A model generated the notes under the pieces. It saw only the letters and a program-made list of their open reading frames with translations. It searched no databases and was not told the DNA's origin. The translations under genes and the position numbers were made by a program. Source: a virus (lineage: Duplodnaviria > Caudoviricetes). Taken from it: 38,821 bases of DNA. How positions within the stretch are numbered: the stretch's first letter is position 1; each line of letters opens with the position of its first letter. The stretch is taken from positions 1 to 38,821 of the IMG/VR virus record IMGVR_UViG_3300037467_000469. The stretch is one strand, 5' to 3'. This document shows positions 15,629-26,200 of this stretch, one piece after another.

Positions 15629-18600
15629 GGCGGCGCCCTCCCAGTACGATGACGTGTCGTACAACCCGACTTTCTAGACCAAAGCTCTTCGCCACAGCCA
15701 GTTCCCGTTCCTGCGTGTTGGTGAAGCCGTGCTTCTCACGCAGACGTGCCGCTTGGGCTTCAAACTTCTCGGCCTGCCGGGTCAGGTTCTTCTGGTGGGC
15801 CTTCCATGCGGAACTGCTCAGCATCTCCGTATACTTCTCGGTAACCATCTTCCGCTTATCTGGATCCCAGACCTTGCGGGTGCGCTCTTGGTAGCGCTGG
15901 CCCGCGCTCTTCCGGGCATCCGCCGCCTGTCGCGTCAGGGTGTCGTGCTTGCGCCGTGCCGCCTCAACCGGGTCAACCTTGTCGGTTGCTTGCGCACCAA
16001 AGCGCTTATGCTCACCTGCAAGCGCCGCCTTGTAGCCGGGGCCTTGCGCCGCGTCCCCCACGAAGCCTTCCGCCGCCCGCGTGGCGTTCTCGACGGCTTG
16101 GATGTTGCCAACCTTGCGGTCATGGGCGTTCAGAATGTCGTTGTGGATGGTACCCGGCAGGAACGGCGACTCCACGGAGACCCTGTTATCAGCGCCCAGC
16201 GCCGCACGCTTACCCTTCGAGTCAGAACGCCGGGTACGTGCGACCTTTTGGGCTGTACGCTGGGGGTTCCACTCGTGGTCCAAGCTGATGAAGAGTTGGC
16301 CCGTGCCGAAGTCTTTACCTTCCTTGGCGGCGCTCGACATGATCATGACGTTCGGGCCATTCCGGTCATTGAAGGTAGCGGCGCCCTGATCACGCGTAAC
16401 GGCGTCATCCTCGCCTGTATAGGTGGCGTGCCGTAGCTCCGGGTAATCCCGCTTTAGCTCGTTGACCACGTTCTCGAGCACCTTGGTACCAAGCGCCACG
16501 TACTGGGACGACAGGACCACCTTGGGTGGGACCGGGGACTCGCCAGCCGCCCGGCGATTCTGGTTCAGTTCACGGTTGGCATCCAGATGCTTGCGGATCC
16601 GGTCGCCTACCCACTTCGCCATGGGGCTGTTCTGGTGAAGCGGGATGAACTTACCGTTGTCCATAACGCCATGGAAGCCTGTCTTGGGGTCCGTGTGCAG
16701 GGCGGCAACCGCCGCCGCTTCGGCCCCGGCGTCACCTTCGTCCCCAGCGTTCTTCAGCGCCCGTGCGTAGTCCGTGTGGCGGTGCAGGGCCTCCCACGCA
16801 TCCGGAGCGTTCATGAACTGCTGGAGCTTGTTGACGCCCGACAGGTAACCCGTTGCCGATGACCCAGACCCGTTGTCGTAACCTGTTGCGGCGTCACCAC
16901 GGAGCTTCGAAAGCTCATTGGCACCCAGCAGATCATTCTCGAGCTTGTAGTAGCGGTCGTAGAACTGCCGGGTATCCGGATCGACTTGGTTCAGATCTGG
17001 CGTGTACATGGTGTAGTCGGCGCCGGACTTCAATTGCGCCGTAGTAGGGTTGAAGTACGGGTGGACGGGTACCTTAGCCCCATGGTAGGGATTCGGCTCG
17101 CCCACAACGCCTTCGGGCCGGGTGATCTCGGGGAACTCGACGCCTACGTCTTCGCCCTTGCGGAACTGGACGTACTTCGCCAGCGTCTTGCCCAGATCTT
17201 CCATCTTGTCCGGATGGACTCGAATAACCTTGCCGCCCTTGCGCTCGAAGAAGTTGTTCAGGAACTCTTCCTTCGAACCCAGCCCGTGCTGGCCCATCGT
17301 ACCCATGTTGACAAGGTTCCAAAGCTCGGTCGGGTCGTTCTCCATTGGCGTGCCCGACAGACCCCAGACGTTCTGGACGCCCTTGGCGCCCGCCACATCC
17401 TGCAGGGCCGTACCGCGCGAGCCGTCCGGCTTCTTCAGGTTGTGGACCTCGTCCAGTACCATCGTATCGAAGTCGCCCCCGGTGAACAGGTGCGCGTTCT
17501 TGGCGAAGAAGTCCTGCGAGACAACCACCACGTCATGATCGACCTTCGACATGTCCAGTGGCGCCTTGTCGCTGTGGGGCAAGTAGGGCGCCCGCAGGTC
17601 TTCCGACCCGGTCACGGTGCCGAACATGCCGCCCCGGCCCCCGCTAGGACCGCCGACAACTGCCACCTTGACGTTGGTGTGTCGCTTGAACTCCTTCAGC
17701 CAATCCGACCGAATGCCGGACGGGGCCACGATTACCGACTTCTTCTGGGGCAGGCCTGCGGCCTCAGCCTCAGCCATCTTGTCCAAGATGCCCAAGACGC
17801 CTAGCTGGGTCTTACCCGTGCCCATTCCGTGTCCGGCAACGCCCCGCTTGCGGGTGCGCAGGAAGTGGACGCCCTGCAACTGCGTGTCGTAGAACTTCTG
17901 GGTGGTGAGCTTCGTGGAGTCTTCCTTCAGAAGTCGCTTCAGTGCCTCGGCCTTCTTGCCGCCAGCGGCGATGATGTCAGCAGGCTGGTACTTCGCGGCC
18001 CGCTCTTCCTTCGTCAGGAAGCCCTCGGGCCGGGACTGCTCCTCAAGGTACTTGTTGGTGACCTCATCCGCCTTGTCGGTCAGCGTGAAGCCCCCGAAGA
18101 CCTCGCGGAACTTCTCGAACTGGCTGAGCGACATCTTCGCCTGCCCGTTTTTGTCAACGGGGAGCTTCAAATCCTCAGCAAACGTCTGTCGGAAGGCCTC
18201 CGGCACATGGGCAACCAGATGGTCCTTACCCCAGTCCAGCAGGGGGAGTGACCCGGTCAGCGTGTCCCGTTGCCGTGCATGGGTGATTTGGGCGTTGTCC
18301 GGGCTGATGCGTAGGAGTTGGTCCCCAATGCGCACCCGATAGGCGCCCGTCTTCTCACCGTCATGTACGTACTCGTGGTCGATGACGCCTTCCTGCCACT
18401 TGGACTGACCCTTCAGCCGGAACTTGATCGCGTTGCCCTGTTCATGGGCAACCTTCTTCATCGCTGTGGTCTTAACAGATCCCTCAACCAACTTGCCGTT
18501 CTTAAACAGCGCCTTGGCCTTCTCTGCCGGATCCGTCAGATCGGCGGCGTCAGCGTAGATCTTGCCGTCCCATGGCCCGCCAACCACGGTCGGGGCGCCC

Positions 18601-21600
18601 AAACCGTTAAACTGAAGCTGGATGTGATGGTGGGCACCCTTACCCACAGCCCACTGTGACGGACTGACCGTCACCCACGCCTTGCGTCCGATGGACTGCG
18701 TAATGGCGAAGTCCAGATCAAACTGCGACTGGATGCCATTGGGCATCGAAGACGTGTTCAGCAACTGCCGCATGACCGGATCAGTCGGTTGCCCATCGGC
18801 CCCGATGTGGTACGTGGCGATCCGTCCGTCAGGCATGCGCTTCTTGAACGTAACCGACCCGTCATCTGCTACCTTGGGCACCAAGTCCTCAGCCCGGCTA
18901 AGCTCCTTCTTGACGGCCTTGCGCTGAATGTCAGCGGCGGCGTTGTCCGTCTTGGACAGCACACCGTTCCATTCATCTTCCGTCAGGACCGCCAACTTAT
19001 GGGTGTTCTTATCGGCATAGTCGTTTCCATAGGCCCACTTCTCGAGCAGTTCAGGGAGCATCAAGCCCTTCTTGCCGCCTGTGGTGCCATGGACCTTGTC
19101 GTAGGCTTCCTGCCCACCCTTGGTGCCATAAAGCATGCCCAGCAAGGTGCCGTAGCTTGATTCGTGCTTGGAAACGCCCTTGCCTTCGGCGTCGTCGATG
19201 GACCACACATCGCCCAACTGAGACGTCAGGCCTTCGCCGCCCTTGGCACCCTTGTCAGCGGCCTTGCCCAGTTTGATCTCAAAGGCAACACGTTTCCCAT
19301 CCGGCCCCGTCGCCATGTAGTGACCGGGGGGCAGGTATCGACGCCCTTCCTTGATCTGCTTGAAGTCATCCGTAGAACGGAACTGGTCCCGATGCTCCAT
19401 GAAACGACGCCGAAGTTCGTTCACATCATCGGTGACATGCGCCGTCTTAGCTCCACGGGCCGCTTCCGCATCCTGTTGGGCGATCTCCTCACCAACATCT
19501 TCCGTCTTCTCATGGAAGTTGTGTTCGGCCCGGACCTCGCCTTCGTCGTCGAACTCCTGATGCTTGCCCGACTCCGGGTTGTACCCGGAGTCGGCATCAC
19601 CAGAGTCATAGAGGATAGAAGGGTTGTCCCCGCCCTGAATCAGGATGTGGTGACCGCCCCATGTGATCCACGCAGAACCGGGGTTGTCCTGCAGGAGTTG
19701 CTCCGACCAAGTCAGGGCGCCCGTCTTCCCTTGAAGACGCCCCTGTTGGTCTTTCACATGGGACTCAAATCGTTCCCGGCCTGCACCCCGGACCCAGTCA
19801 CGCACTTTCTGATTGCGCCGGGTTCGGTCTACAGCAGACAGGTGTCCGTGGGTACCCATGGACTTTTCAAGGAAGTCAGCCATGGCGATGGCCTTCTCGA
19901 GCAGGGAGTCAGCGGGCAGGATCGGCTCAGCCAGCGTCAGCAGGATGCCTTCGCCCGGCACCTTGACCATGGTCATGACGTACTCGGTCGGGGGCAAATG
20001 ATCCGCCAGACCATCCAGCGACTTAACCAGCACCTGTCGGGTCGGCGCCCAGTCGCAGACGTCCCGGTCCAGCCCGTAGGCGCCCAGCGCTTCATCCAGA
20101 TCGGCCTCAAAGAGTGCCTTCAGGAGGGTGTTGCCCAACCCAAAGCCCTTCATAACCAGTTCCTTGATGTGCGACACGGCGTCTGGGTTCTTCTGGACAT
20201 GGGCCTGTAGCTTCTTCAGCGCCCGGCTGTACCGCTGACGGGCGTTGTCATGGCTGAGGCCCAAAGCCTGCGCCACGGCGGGGAAGTCCACCAGTTCAGC
20301 CGCCCGCATGCCGGATCCAAGCCCGTGGCGGGCCTGCACAACAGCAAGCTCGTCCTTGGACAGTCCGGCGTCATTCAGGATGGCGTTCAGACCAGCCCGC
20401 TGGGCCTTCCGGACCTCGCCCGCCATGGCCTGCCGCTCGGTGTCATTCTCGCCAGCTACTTGTTCATGCTTGGCAATGGCCTTGTCAGGGCTGTCGGCAT
20501 CCGAGACGTTCCGGTCCAAGCTGGTGGTCTTGTTCAGGTGGTACAGCGACTCCATGGCGGCAACCTTGTCGCCTGTAGCCGTCAGATACTCGCCCCGCTT
20601 GCCCGGCTTCAGGAGCTTGACGTCCGCCCATTCCGGCTTGTTCTTATCCAACCATGCCCCAATGCTCTTCCGATCCGCCGTACCGCCAGCCGCCGCAACT
20701 GCCTTAACGGCCTGATGGTACATGGCGAGCGGCCCGCGAAGCTCACGGGGGAGCTTGATCTGGTCGAACATGCCGTTGCCGTAACGGGACATCCGCTGTT
20801 GGGCGCGGGCGATGGCATAGTTGGAGGGATCCCGCAGGGCCTGCAGGCGCTCCAAATTGCCGTTCTCCTTGTTCTCGTTCCACTCGCGCACGCCTTCAAG
20901 CAGGCCCGTACGGAACTCCTGCGCCAGATCCGAGAAGTAGCCCGTGTCGATGCCGCTGATCTTCTCGTAGGTCTGGACGTGATCCAGACCCTTGGACTGC
21001 ATGAACTTCTTCGCCATGTGGCGGGTCATGCCTTCCATGCGATTGATGAAGTCTTCTTCCGTGACATGCTTCAGCTTCTCGAACTGGACGGGACCGTCCG
21101 GATACGCCCGTACCAGCCGGGGCACCTGTCGCCCAGAAGCGGTCTTCACCATCTCGATCTTCGGGAGCTTGAAGTCGCCTGAGTGGGTGCGGCCCTCGTT
21201 CGGCATCTCCCCGAACATCTCGGCAACCTTGTCCTGCAGACTGGCGAAGTCCTCGCCCGTGGCCTCCTTCAGGTTGGCAACCTGCCCAGAGGCTTCCTGC
21301 TGAATGGTGTCCGGGGTGTTGGTGCCTTCCTTGTACTTGGCGCCCGTACCGATGACCTTGCCCTCAGCCTTGGTCCGGACCAGCTTGTTCTCACCCGTCT
21401 TCTGGTCACGGGTCCATGCTGTGGTCTCAATCGCGGGGGATTCCTCGATGCGCTTCTTCTCTGCGGCCTTCCGGGCGCGCGCGGCCTGCTTGTCAGCCGC
21501 CGCCTTGGCCTCAGCGGCGCCCTTCTTATCCTTCTGGAGCTTCTGGGCAGTAGCCTTACCCGGCTTCAGGGCCTCGGTCGTCTTCTTGGCAGACGTCTTA

Positions 21601-21941
21601 ACAGCCTTGCTTGCGTTGACGTTCTTGGCGGCGACAGCCTGCTTGATCTCCTGCCGCTCAGCCATACCGACCGGAAGCGTTTCGCGGGCAACGGAACCAT
21701 CGGCCTTGATGTAGATGTGGTGCCCGCGCATGGTGCGCCAACTGCCACCGGGGTACTTCTTCTCGATCGCAGATGCGTTGTGACCACCCTTAGCCGCTGG
21801 AGCGGCCTTGGCCTTCGTGGCGGTTGTCTTAGTCTTGGCCTTCGACGTAGATTTGGCGGGTGCGGCCTTAGCCGTCCCCGCCGTCTTCTTCGCCGCCGCC
21901 TTGGCGCCCATCGCCTTCAGTAGGTCATCAGCGAAACCCAT
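15621..21941 (-). CDS. 2106 aa multidomain protein: sigma70-like domain plus SNF2-family ATPase, probably virion-packaged polyprotein
   Basis: Sigma regions 2-4 at ~21063-20200; SNF2 motifs GHGMGTGKT, LDEVH, LSGTP and WNP....Q..AR..R; two W-x-T-x-x-G-x-H modules; clustered x-x-K-[S/A/G] sites between domains. Confidence 0.8.
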   Translation of the reverse strand: MGFADDLLKAMGAKAAAKKTAGTAKAAPAKSTSKAKTKTTATKAKAAPAAKGGHNASAIEKKYPGGSWRTMRGHHIYIKADGSVARETLPVGMAERQEIKQAVAAKNVNASKAVKTSAKKTTEALKPGKATAQKLQKDKKGAAEAKAAADKQAARARKAAEKKRIEESPAIETTAWTRDQKTGENKLVRTKAEGKVIGTGAKYKEGTNTPDTIQQEASGQVANLKEATGEDFASLQDKVAEMFGEMPNEGRTHSGDFKLPKIEMVKTASGRQVPRLVRAYPDGPVQFEKLKHVTEEDFINRMEGMTRHMAKKFMQSKGLDHVQTYEKISGIDTGYFSDLAQEFRTGLLEGVREWNENKENGNLERLQALRDPSNYAIARAQQRMSRYGNGMFDQIKLPRELRGPLAMYHQAVKAVAAAGGTADRKSIGAWLDKNKPEWADVKLLKPGKRGEYLTATGDKVAAMESLYHLNKTTSLDRNVSDADSPDKAIAKHEQVAGENDTERQAMAGEVRKAQRAGLNAILNDAGLSKDELAVVQARHGLGSGMRAAELVDFPAVAQALGLSHDNARQRYSRALKKLQAHVQKNPDAVSHIKELVMKGFGLGNTLLKALFEADLDEALGAYGLDRDVCDWAPTRQVLVKSLDGLADHLPPTEYVMTMVKVPGEGILLTLAEPILPADSLLEKAIAMADFLEKSMGTHGHLSAVDRTRRNQKVRDWVRGAGRERFESHVKDQQGRLQGKTGALTWSEQLLQDNPGSAWITWGGHHILIQGGDNPSILYDSGDADSGYNPESGKHQEFDDEGEVRAEHNFHEKTEDVGEEIAQQDAEAARGAKTAHVTDDVNELRRRFMEHRDQFRSTDDFKQIKEGRRYLPPGHYMATGPDGKRVAFEIKLGKAADKGAKGGEGLTSQLGDVWSIDDAEGKGVSKHESSYGTLLGMLYGTKGGQEAYDKVHGTTGGKKGLMLPELLEKWAYGNDYADKNTHKLAVLTEDEWNGVLSKTDNAAADIQRKAVKKELSRAEDLVPKVADDGSVTFKKRMPDGRIATYHIGADGQPTDPVMRQLLNTSSMPNGIQSQFDLDFAITQSIGRKAWVTVSPSQWAVGKGAHHHIQLQFNGLGAPTVVGGPWDGKIYADAADLTDPAEKAKALFKNGKLVEGSVKTTAMKKVAHEQGNAIKFRLKGQSKWQEGVIDHEYVHDGEKTGAYRVRIGDQLLRISPDNAQITHARQRDTLTGSLPLLDWGKDHLVAHVPEAFRQTFAEDLKLPVDKNGQAKMSLSQFEKFREVFGGFTLTDKADEVTNKYLEEQSRPEGFLTKEERAAKYQPADIIAAGGKKAEALKRLLKEDSTKLTTQKFYDTQLQGVHFLRTRKRGVAGHGMGTGKTQLGVLGILDKMAEAEAAGLPQKKSVIVAPSGIRSDWLKEFKRHTNVKVAVVGGPSGGRGGMFGTVTGSEDLRAPYLPHSDKAPLDMSKVDHDVVVVSQDFFAKNAHLFTGGDFDTMVLDEVHNLKKPDGSRGTALQDVAGAKGVQNVWGLSGTPMENDPTELWNLVNMGTMGQHGLGSKEEFLNNFFERKGGKVIRVHPDKMEDLGKTLAKYVQFRKGEDVGVEFPEITRPEGVVGEPNPYHGAKVPVHPYFNPTTAQLKSGADYTMYTPDLNQVDPDTRQFYDRYYKLENDLLGANELSKLRGDAATGYDNGSGSSATGYLSGVNKLQQFMNAPDAWEALHRHTDYARALKNAGDEGDAGAEAAAVAALHTDPKTGFHGVMDNGKFIPLHQNSPMAKWVGDRIRKHLDANRELNQNRRAAGESPVPPKVVLSSQYVALGTKVLENVVNELKRDYPELRHATYTGEDDAVTRDQGAATFNDRNGPNVMIMSSAAKEGKDFGTGQLFISLDHEWNPQRTAQKVARTRRSDSKGKRAALGADNRVSVESPFLPGTIHNDILNAHDRKVGNIQAVENATRAAEGFVGDAAQGPGYKAALAGEHKRFGAQATDKVDPVEAARRKHDTLTRQAADARKSAGQRYQERTRKVWDPDKRKMVTEKYTEMLSSSAWKAHQKNLTRQAEKFEAQAARLREKHGFTNTQERELAVAKSFGLESRVVRHVIVLGGRRHG

Positions 21942-21953
21942 GGTTAAACCCCC

Positions 21954-23198
21954 CTACTCTTTCAGATCCTTTGGATAAATGATGTGGAGGGATTTTTGGA
22001 CCCCGTTCTCACCCGTGCCGGGGTTGTAGTACCGCTGGACACGGGCGCCAGCGGCCTCATGGATCGGGCCGATGAGCAACCCATGGGGAAGTGCCCGTTC
22101 AGCCTCGTAAATGGTTTGGGCGGTCAGGGCGCCCTGCTGGGGTTGGACCTTCGCCTGCTTGCGTTGCTCGTAGCCGCTGGGTGCCATGGCGTGGGCCTTC
22201 TCCAAAGAAGTGCCCTTAACAACCTGCTTGGTCAGGCCTTGGAAAGCCTTCTGGGGCTGGGTTACGGTGCCCTTGGCGTCGGCCTCCAGCGCCTGCAGGA
22301 ACTTGTCCTGCGCCGCCTTGTCGAAGACAAAGGCCGTCCCGCCGATATTCTTGGCGCCCACCTTGGTGAAGTACTGGGCGGTTTCCGTCAGGGCGTTAAC
22401 CGTCACCCGCTGGCCTGCGGCCTTCTCGAAGACTGCCGCCAGCAAACGAGATCCGGCCCCGGCCTGCGCCGCCTCGGCACCCCGATGGCTGGGTGCCGTC
22501 TCCAAGTACTGCACCGTGTAGCCGCCGTTTGCCTCACCACAGGCCGCGAAGCCTGCCCATTCAGCACCCGACTTCAACCCGATGACGGTTGTGCCGCCCT
22601 CGTCGTCCCCGCCGCCTTGGTCCTGCCCATCTACCAGATCCACCAAGGCCTTACCGAAGTGGACCGGGTAGTCCCCGGACTCCTCCCACTGCTCGACAGC
22701 CCCAAAGATGTCGTCACCGCTGGGATTCTCGTACAGGCCGAAACCCTTCACCCGGTCGTAGGTGGCAAGTCGGCCCTTCGGCTGGGTCTTGCTGGAAGCT
22801 ACAGCAGGCCCAGCCTTCTGGCCTCCGCTTCCTGCGCCCTTGTCCGGGCGAAGATCGTCTGATTTCGCTCCCGCATCCATGTCACTTCGGGACTGGGCGC
22901 CGGGGCGCCCGTCCGCCTGCGCCGTTTTCGGGGCCACGGGCTTCTCTTCCTCCGGATCATGGCGCCCACCCCCCGCCGATTTCAGCAGGTCCACGGTAGC
23001 TAGTGCCTTGATGACCGTGGGGGACCGCAGGTCCATGACGTGGGCCGGGATGTCTTCCCCTGCCGCCTGCAGATCCTGAATGAGCCGGGTGACCACATGA
23101 TCAAGGGCGCCCTGCTCTTCCAGACCCTTGGTGACGGACGGCGAGCGAAGGTAATTAACCCGCTCCCGCAAATCCGCCTTACTGGTGCCTACAGCCAT
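21954..23198 (-). CDS. Protein with GNAT-family acetyltransferase domain
   Basis: YTVQYLETAP..R.......GAGSRLL..VFEKA....VTVNAL.ETAQYF.KVG matches GNAT motifs A/B; flanked by VIKA, LLKS, VVKG, LEKA and VQKS sites. Confidence 0.65.
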   Translation of the reverse strand: MAVGTSKADLRERVNYLRSPSVTKGLEEQGALDHVVTRLIQDLQAAGEDIPAHVMDLRSPTVIKALATVDLLKSAGGGRHDPEEEKPVAPKTAQADGRPGAQSRSDMDAGAKSDDLRPDKGAGSGGQKAGPAVASSKTQPKGRLATYDRVKGFGLYENPSGDDIFGAVEQWEESGDYPVHFGKALVDLVDGQDQGGGDDEGGTTVIGLKSGAEWAGFAACGEANGGYTVQYLETAPSHRGAEAAQAGAGSRLLAAVFEKAAGQRVTVNALTETAQYFTKVGAKNIGGTAFVFDKAAQDKFLQALEADAKGTVTQPQKAFQGLTKQVVKGTSLEKAHAMAPSGYEQRKQAKVQPQQGALTAQTIYEAERALPHGLLIGPIHEAAGARVQRYYNPGTGENGVQKSLHIIYPKDLKE

Positions 23199-23201
23199 GG
23201 C

Positions 23202-26200
23202 CTACTTCGCCCCCTTGGTGGTTCTGGTGGAAGATTTCTTCGTAGCTGAAGGGGTTTCCTTCTGTTCCACGGCGATGGCGGCATTTTGAGCGCTCACCAT
23301 GTTCTTGGCAGTACCTGTGTACTTCTTCTGCGTGGGTCCATGGAAGGTGCTCCAGTCCCATTCACCTGTGCTCTTGTTGTAAGAAACACTGTGCTGGTGG
23401 TCCCCGGTAGCGCTACCCGCATGGTAGTGCTCCATCCCCTTCGACTTGCGCCACGTCCGGTCCCCAACGCGCTCAACCTTGGCAGGCTTACCCTTAACCT
23501 GTTTGGCCTCTTCGGCAAGCTCATACCCGGTCTTGGTAGACTGGGTAGTCGTCTTCTTGTCGGCGTCACGGATGATCGGCTTCTTGCTCATCGCCACATC
23601 AAAGCCGCTCCCGCTTCCCTTGCCATAGAGCTTTTCCATCGCCGCCATGTTGTCGGCCTTGATCTTGGCGTTGCGCTCCCGGTTCAGTTGGGCGCCCGTC
23701 TTAGGCTTCGCCGGGGTCGGCTCAGGCGCCGGGGTCTTCTTGGCCCTGCTGGCCTTCACCGGGGCCTCAGCCGCCGCCTTTGCCGCCGCCTTGGCCTCAT
23801 CAGCCGCCGCCTTTGCCGCCGCCTTGGCGTTCTTCGCCGCCGCACGCTCTTCAGCGGCGCCCTTGGCCTTGGTGTACTGTTCACGGGCCTTGGCAACCGT
23901 TCCGGCGTCGGCGCCCAGCATCTCGAGCACGTCAGCCACGGTCAGCTTCGACCCCACCTTGCCTGCATCGACCCCACCGTCTGACCCAAACACGTCCGAA
24001 ATGATTTTGCCCTTGCGCTCCAGCACGCTCATCTTGCGCTGGTCGATGGAGTTTGCCATTTCAAACTGCTGGTGGTGGAAGTTGTTCTCCTGCCCCTGCC
24101 GATAGCCACGGCCCAGCCGCTGTTCCATCGCCGCAGGGGTCCACTCGTAGTCCAGATCAATGTGCATGTTGGAGTTGGCCTGCAGGTTCATGCCTTCCGT
24201 ACCTGCCTTGGTCATCAAGATGACCTTGCCCTTGCCTGCGTTGAAGTCGATCTCGGCCTGATCACGGGCTTTCTTCGACGTGTTGCCCTGCACGTAGAGG
24301 AAGTCCTTGTCCTTGAAGCCGTGTTCAGCCTTCAACTGCTCCTTCAGGAACTCCAGCGTTCGGGGCGACTGTCCAAAGACGATGGTACCCTTGCCGCCGT
24401 TGTAGTTGTTCTCCTCGTTGGTGCGCTCCCAGTTCGTGGCGATCTGGTCAGCGGCCTCGGCAATCTTGGGCGACGCATAGCCCTTGGTCCGGATCTGCTT
24501 CAGGACCGGGTTTGTGGCCTTGATGCCCATGCCTTCAAGCGCTTCCGGGGTGTCGATCAGTCGGGGGTCGATGGCGATCTGCTCCAGCCGCATTAGCTGG
24601 GTCAGCATGTGCATGTCCACGCTGGCGGCGCCGTCCATCCCTTCAAGCTCCTGAAGCATTGACCCGCGCAGGGCGCCGTAGAGCTTGTTCTGTGCATCAT
24701 CCATGTCCAGAACCGCTGTATCATGCGTCTTGGGCGGCATGGCGATCTTCACGCGGGGATCCTGCTTCTCCAGCATGAAGAAGTAGGGGGCGATCATCTT
24801 GCGCAGGTTCGCACGCTCGTTCGCCTTGACGCCGCAGACCACCTTGGTCTCCCCATCGCCCTTCAGGTTCGGGATGGTCTCGTACTGGGCAAACTTCTGC
24901 ACGAAGCGCTTCTTCTCACCCAGCACGCCGGGGTTCATGAACTCCATGGCCCGGTAGGTCTCTTCCAACTTGTTCATCATGGGGGTTGCGGTCAGCCACC
25001 ACGTGTACTTGGGTGACATGTGCTCGTACGCGGCCTTGGACCGGGCCGACTTGGGATCCTTGAGGTAATGCGCCTCGTCGAAGATGGCGATGTCGTTCTG
25101 CAGTTCCTTCTTGATCTGGGCACCCTCGTTGGTCATGATGGCGTAGCTCATGACCACATAATCAGCCTTCTTGGCCTCCTTGTAGAGCGCCTTGCGCTCT
25201 TCAGGCCCGCCGTCGATCTTCACGACCTTCTTGCCGTTGAAGAACTTGTGGACCTCACGCTCCCAACCGCCCAGTCGGGACGCCGGGACCACGATGACGG
25301 CTGGCCCCTTCGCCTTGCCTTCCTGCTTCAGCTTTTCAGCCGCCAGCAGGCTGGTCAGGGTCTTGCCAAGGCCCGTACCGAAGCCCAGCACGCCCTTCTC
25401 GATGGTGTTCAGGTAGTGGACGCCTGACCACTGGTAACCGTGGGGCTTGATGCCCGCCTTCAGGGTCTTGATCTTGACCGGATCCTCCACCTGTTGAGCG
25501 GCTTCGCCTGCCTTGGCCCGGTCACCCTGTGACTTCAGCTTCTCAGCCAGTGCCGGGTTGTGCTCAGCCATGTTCTTCAGAACACCCTCGGAGATGTTCA
25601 TCATGGGGCCGAACTGCGCGTGCAATTCCTCGATCTGCTTGTGAACCTTGGCAAAGTCGCCCTTGAAGATCCAGATGCCGTTGTGGAAGGCCGTGTCCAT
25701 CTTCTTCACGGCGTTCTTGAAGCTCCGGTGGACCTTGTCGTTGTTGTCGTAGCCCGTCAGCTTCAGACCGATGTAGCCCTTGCCGCCCACGCCAAAGATC
25801 TTCACATCGATCTTCAGGCCTGCGGCCTTCTCAGCCGCCAGACGGGCCTGCATCTCCTCGTAGGTCTCGTAGCCCTTCGCCGCAGGCGGGGGCTGGGTGG
25901 TACCTCCTTGCTGGGCCGGGGCCGGGGCGCCCGGCGCCTCCCCCTTGTACGGGGGCGCCTTGGCGTCATGCCGGAATGAGCCATGGATGCCATTCTCCAG
26001 CATGTACTGCAGGGTCTTGGCGGCGTGCCCGCTGTCCAGCTTGACAGGGATGTGCCAGCCTGTGGCGGCGCCATCCTCCTTCCAGACGGCGCCCAGTTCC
26101 TTCAGGCGGTCCTTGTGCTCGAACGTGTTGTTCTTCTGCCCACTGGCGAGCGCCTTCGGCACGACGAACCAGCCACGGGCGCCATTGCCGAACTGCTTCT

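Noticed and set aside
16600-17150. Possible intein between the SNF2 lobes of the 2106 aa protein
   Set aside because: No N-terminal C/S block, no His-Asn C-terminal motif and no LAGLIDADG; long inter-lobe inserts are normal in SNF2 proteins.
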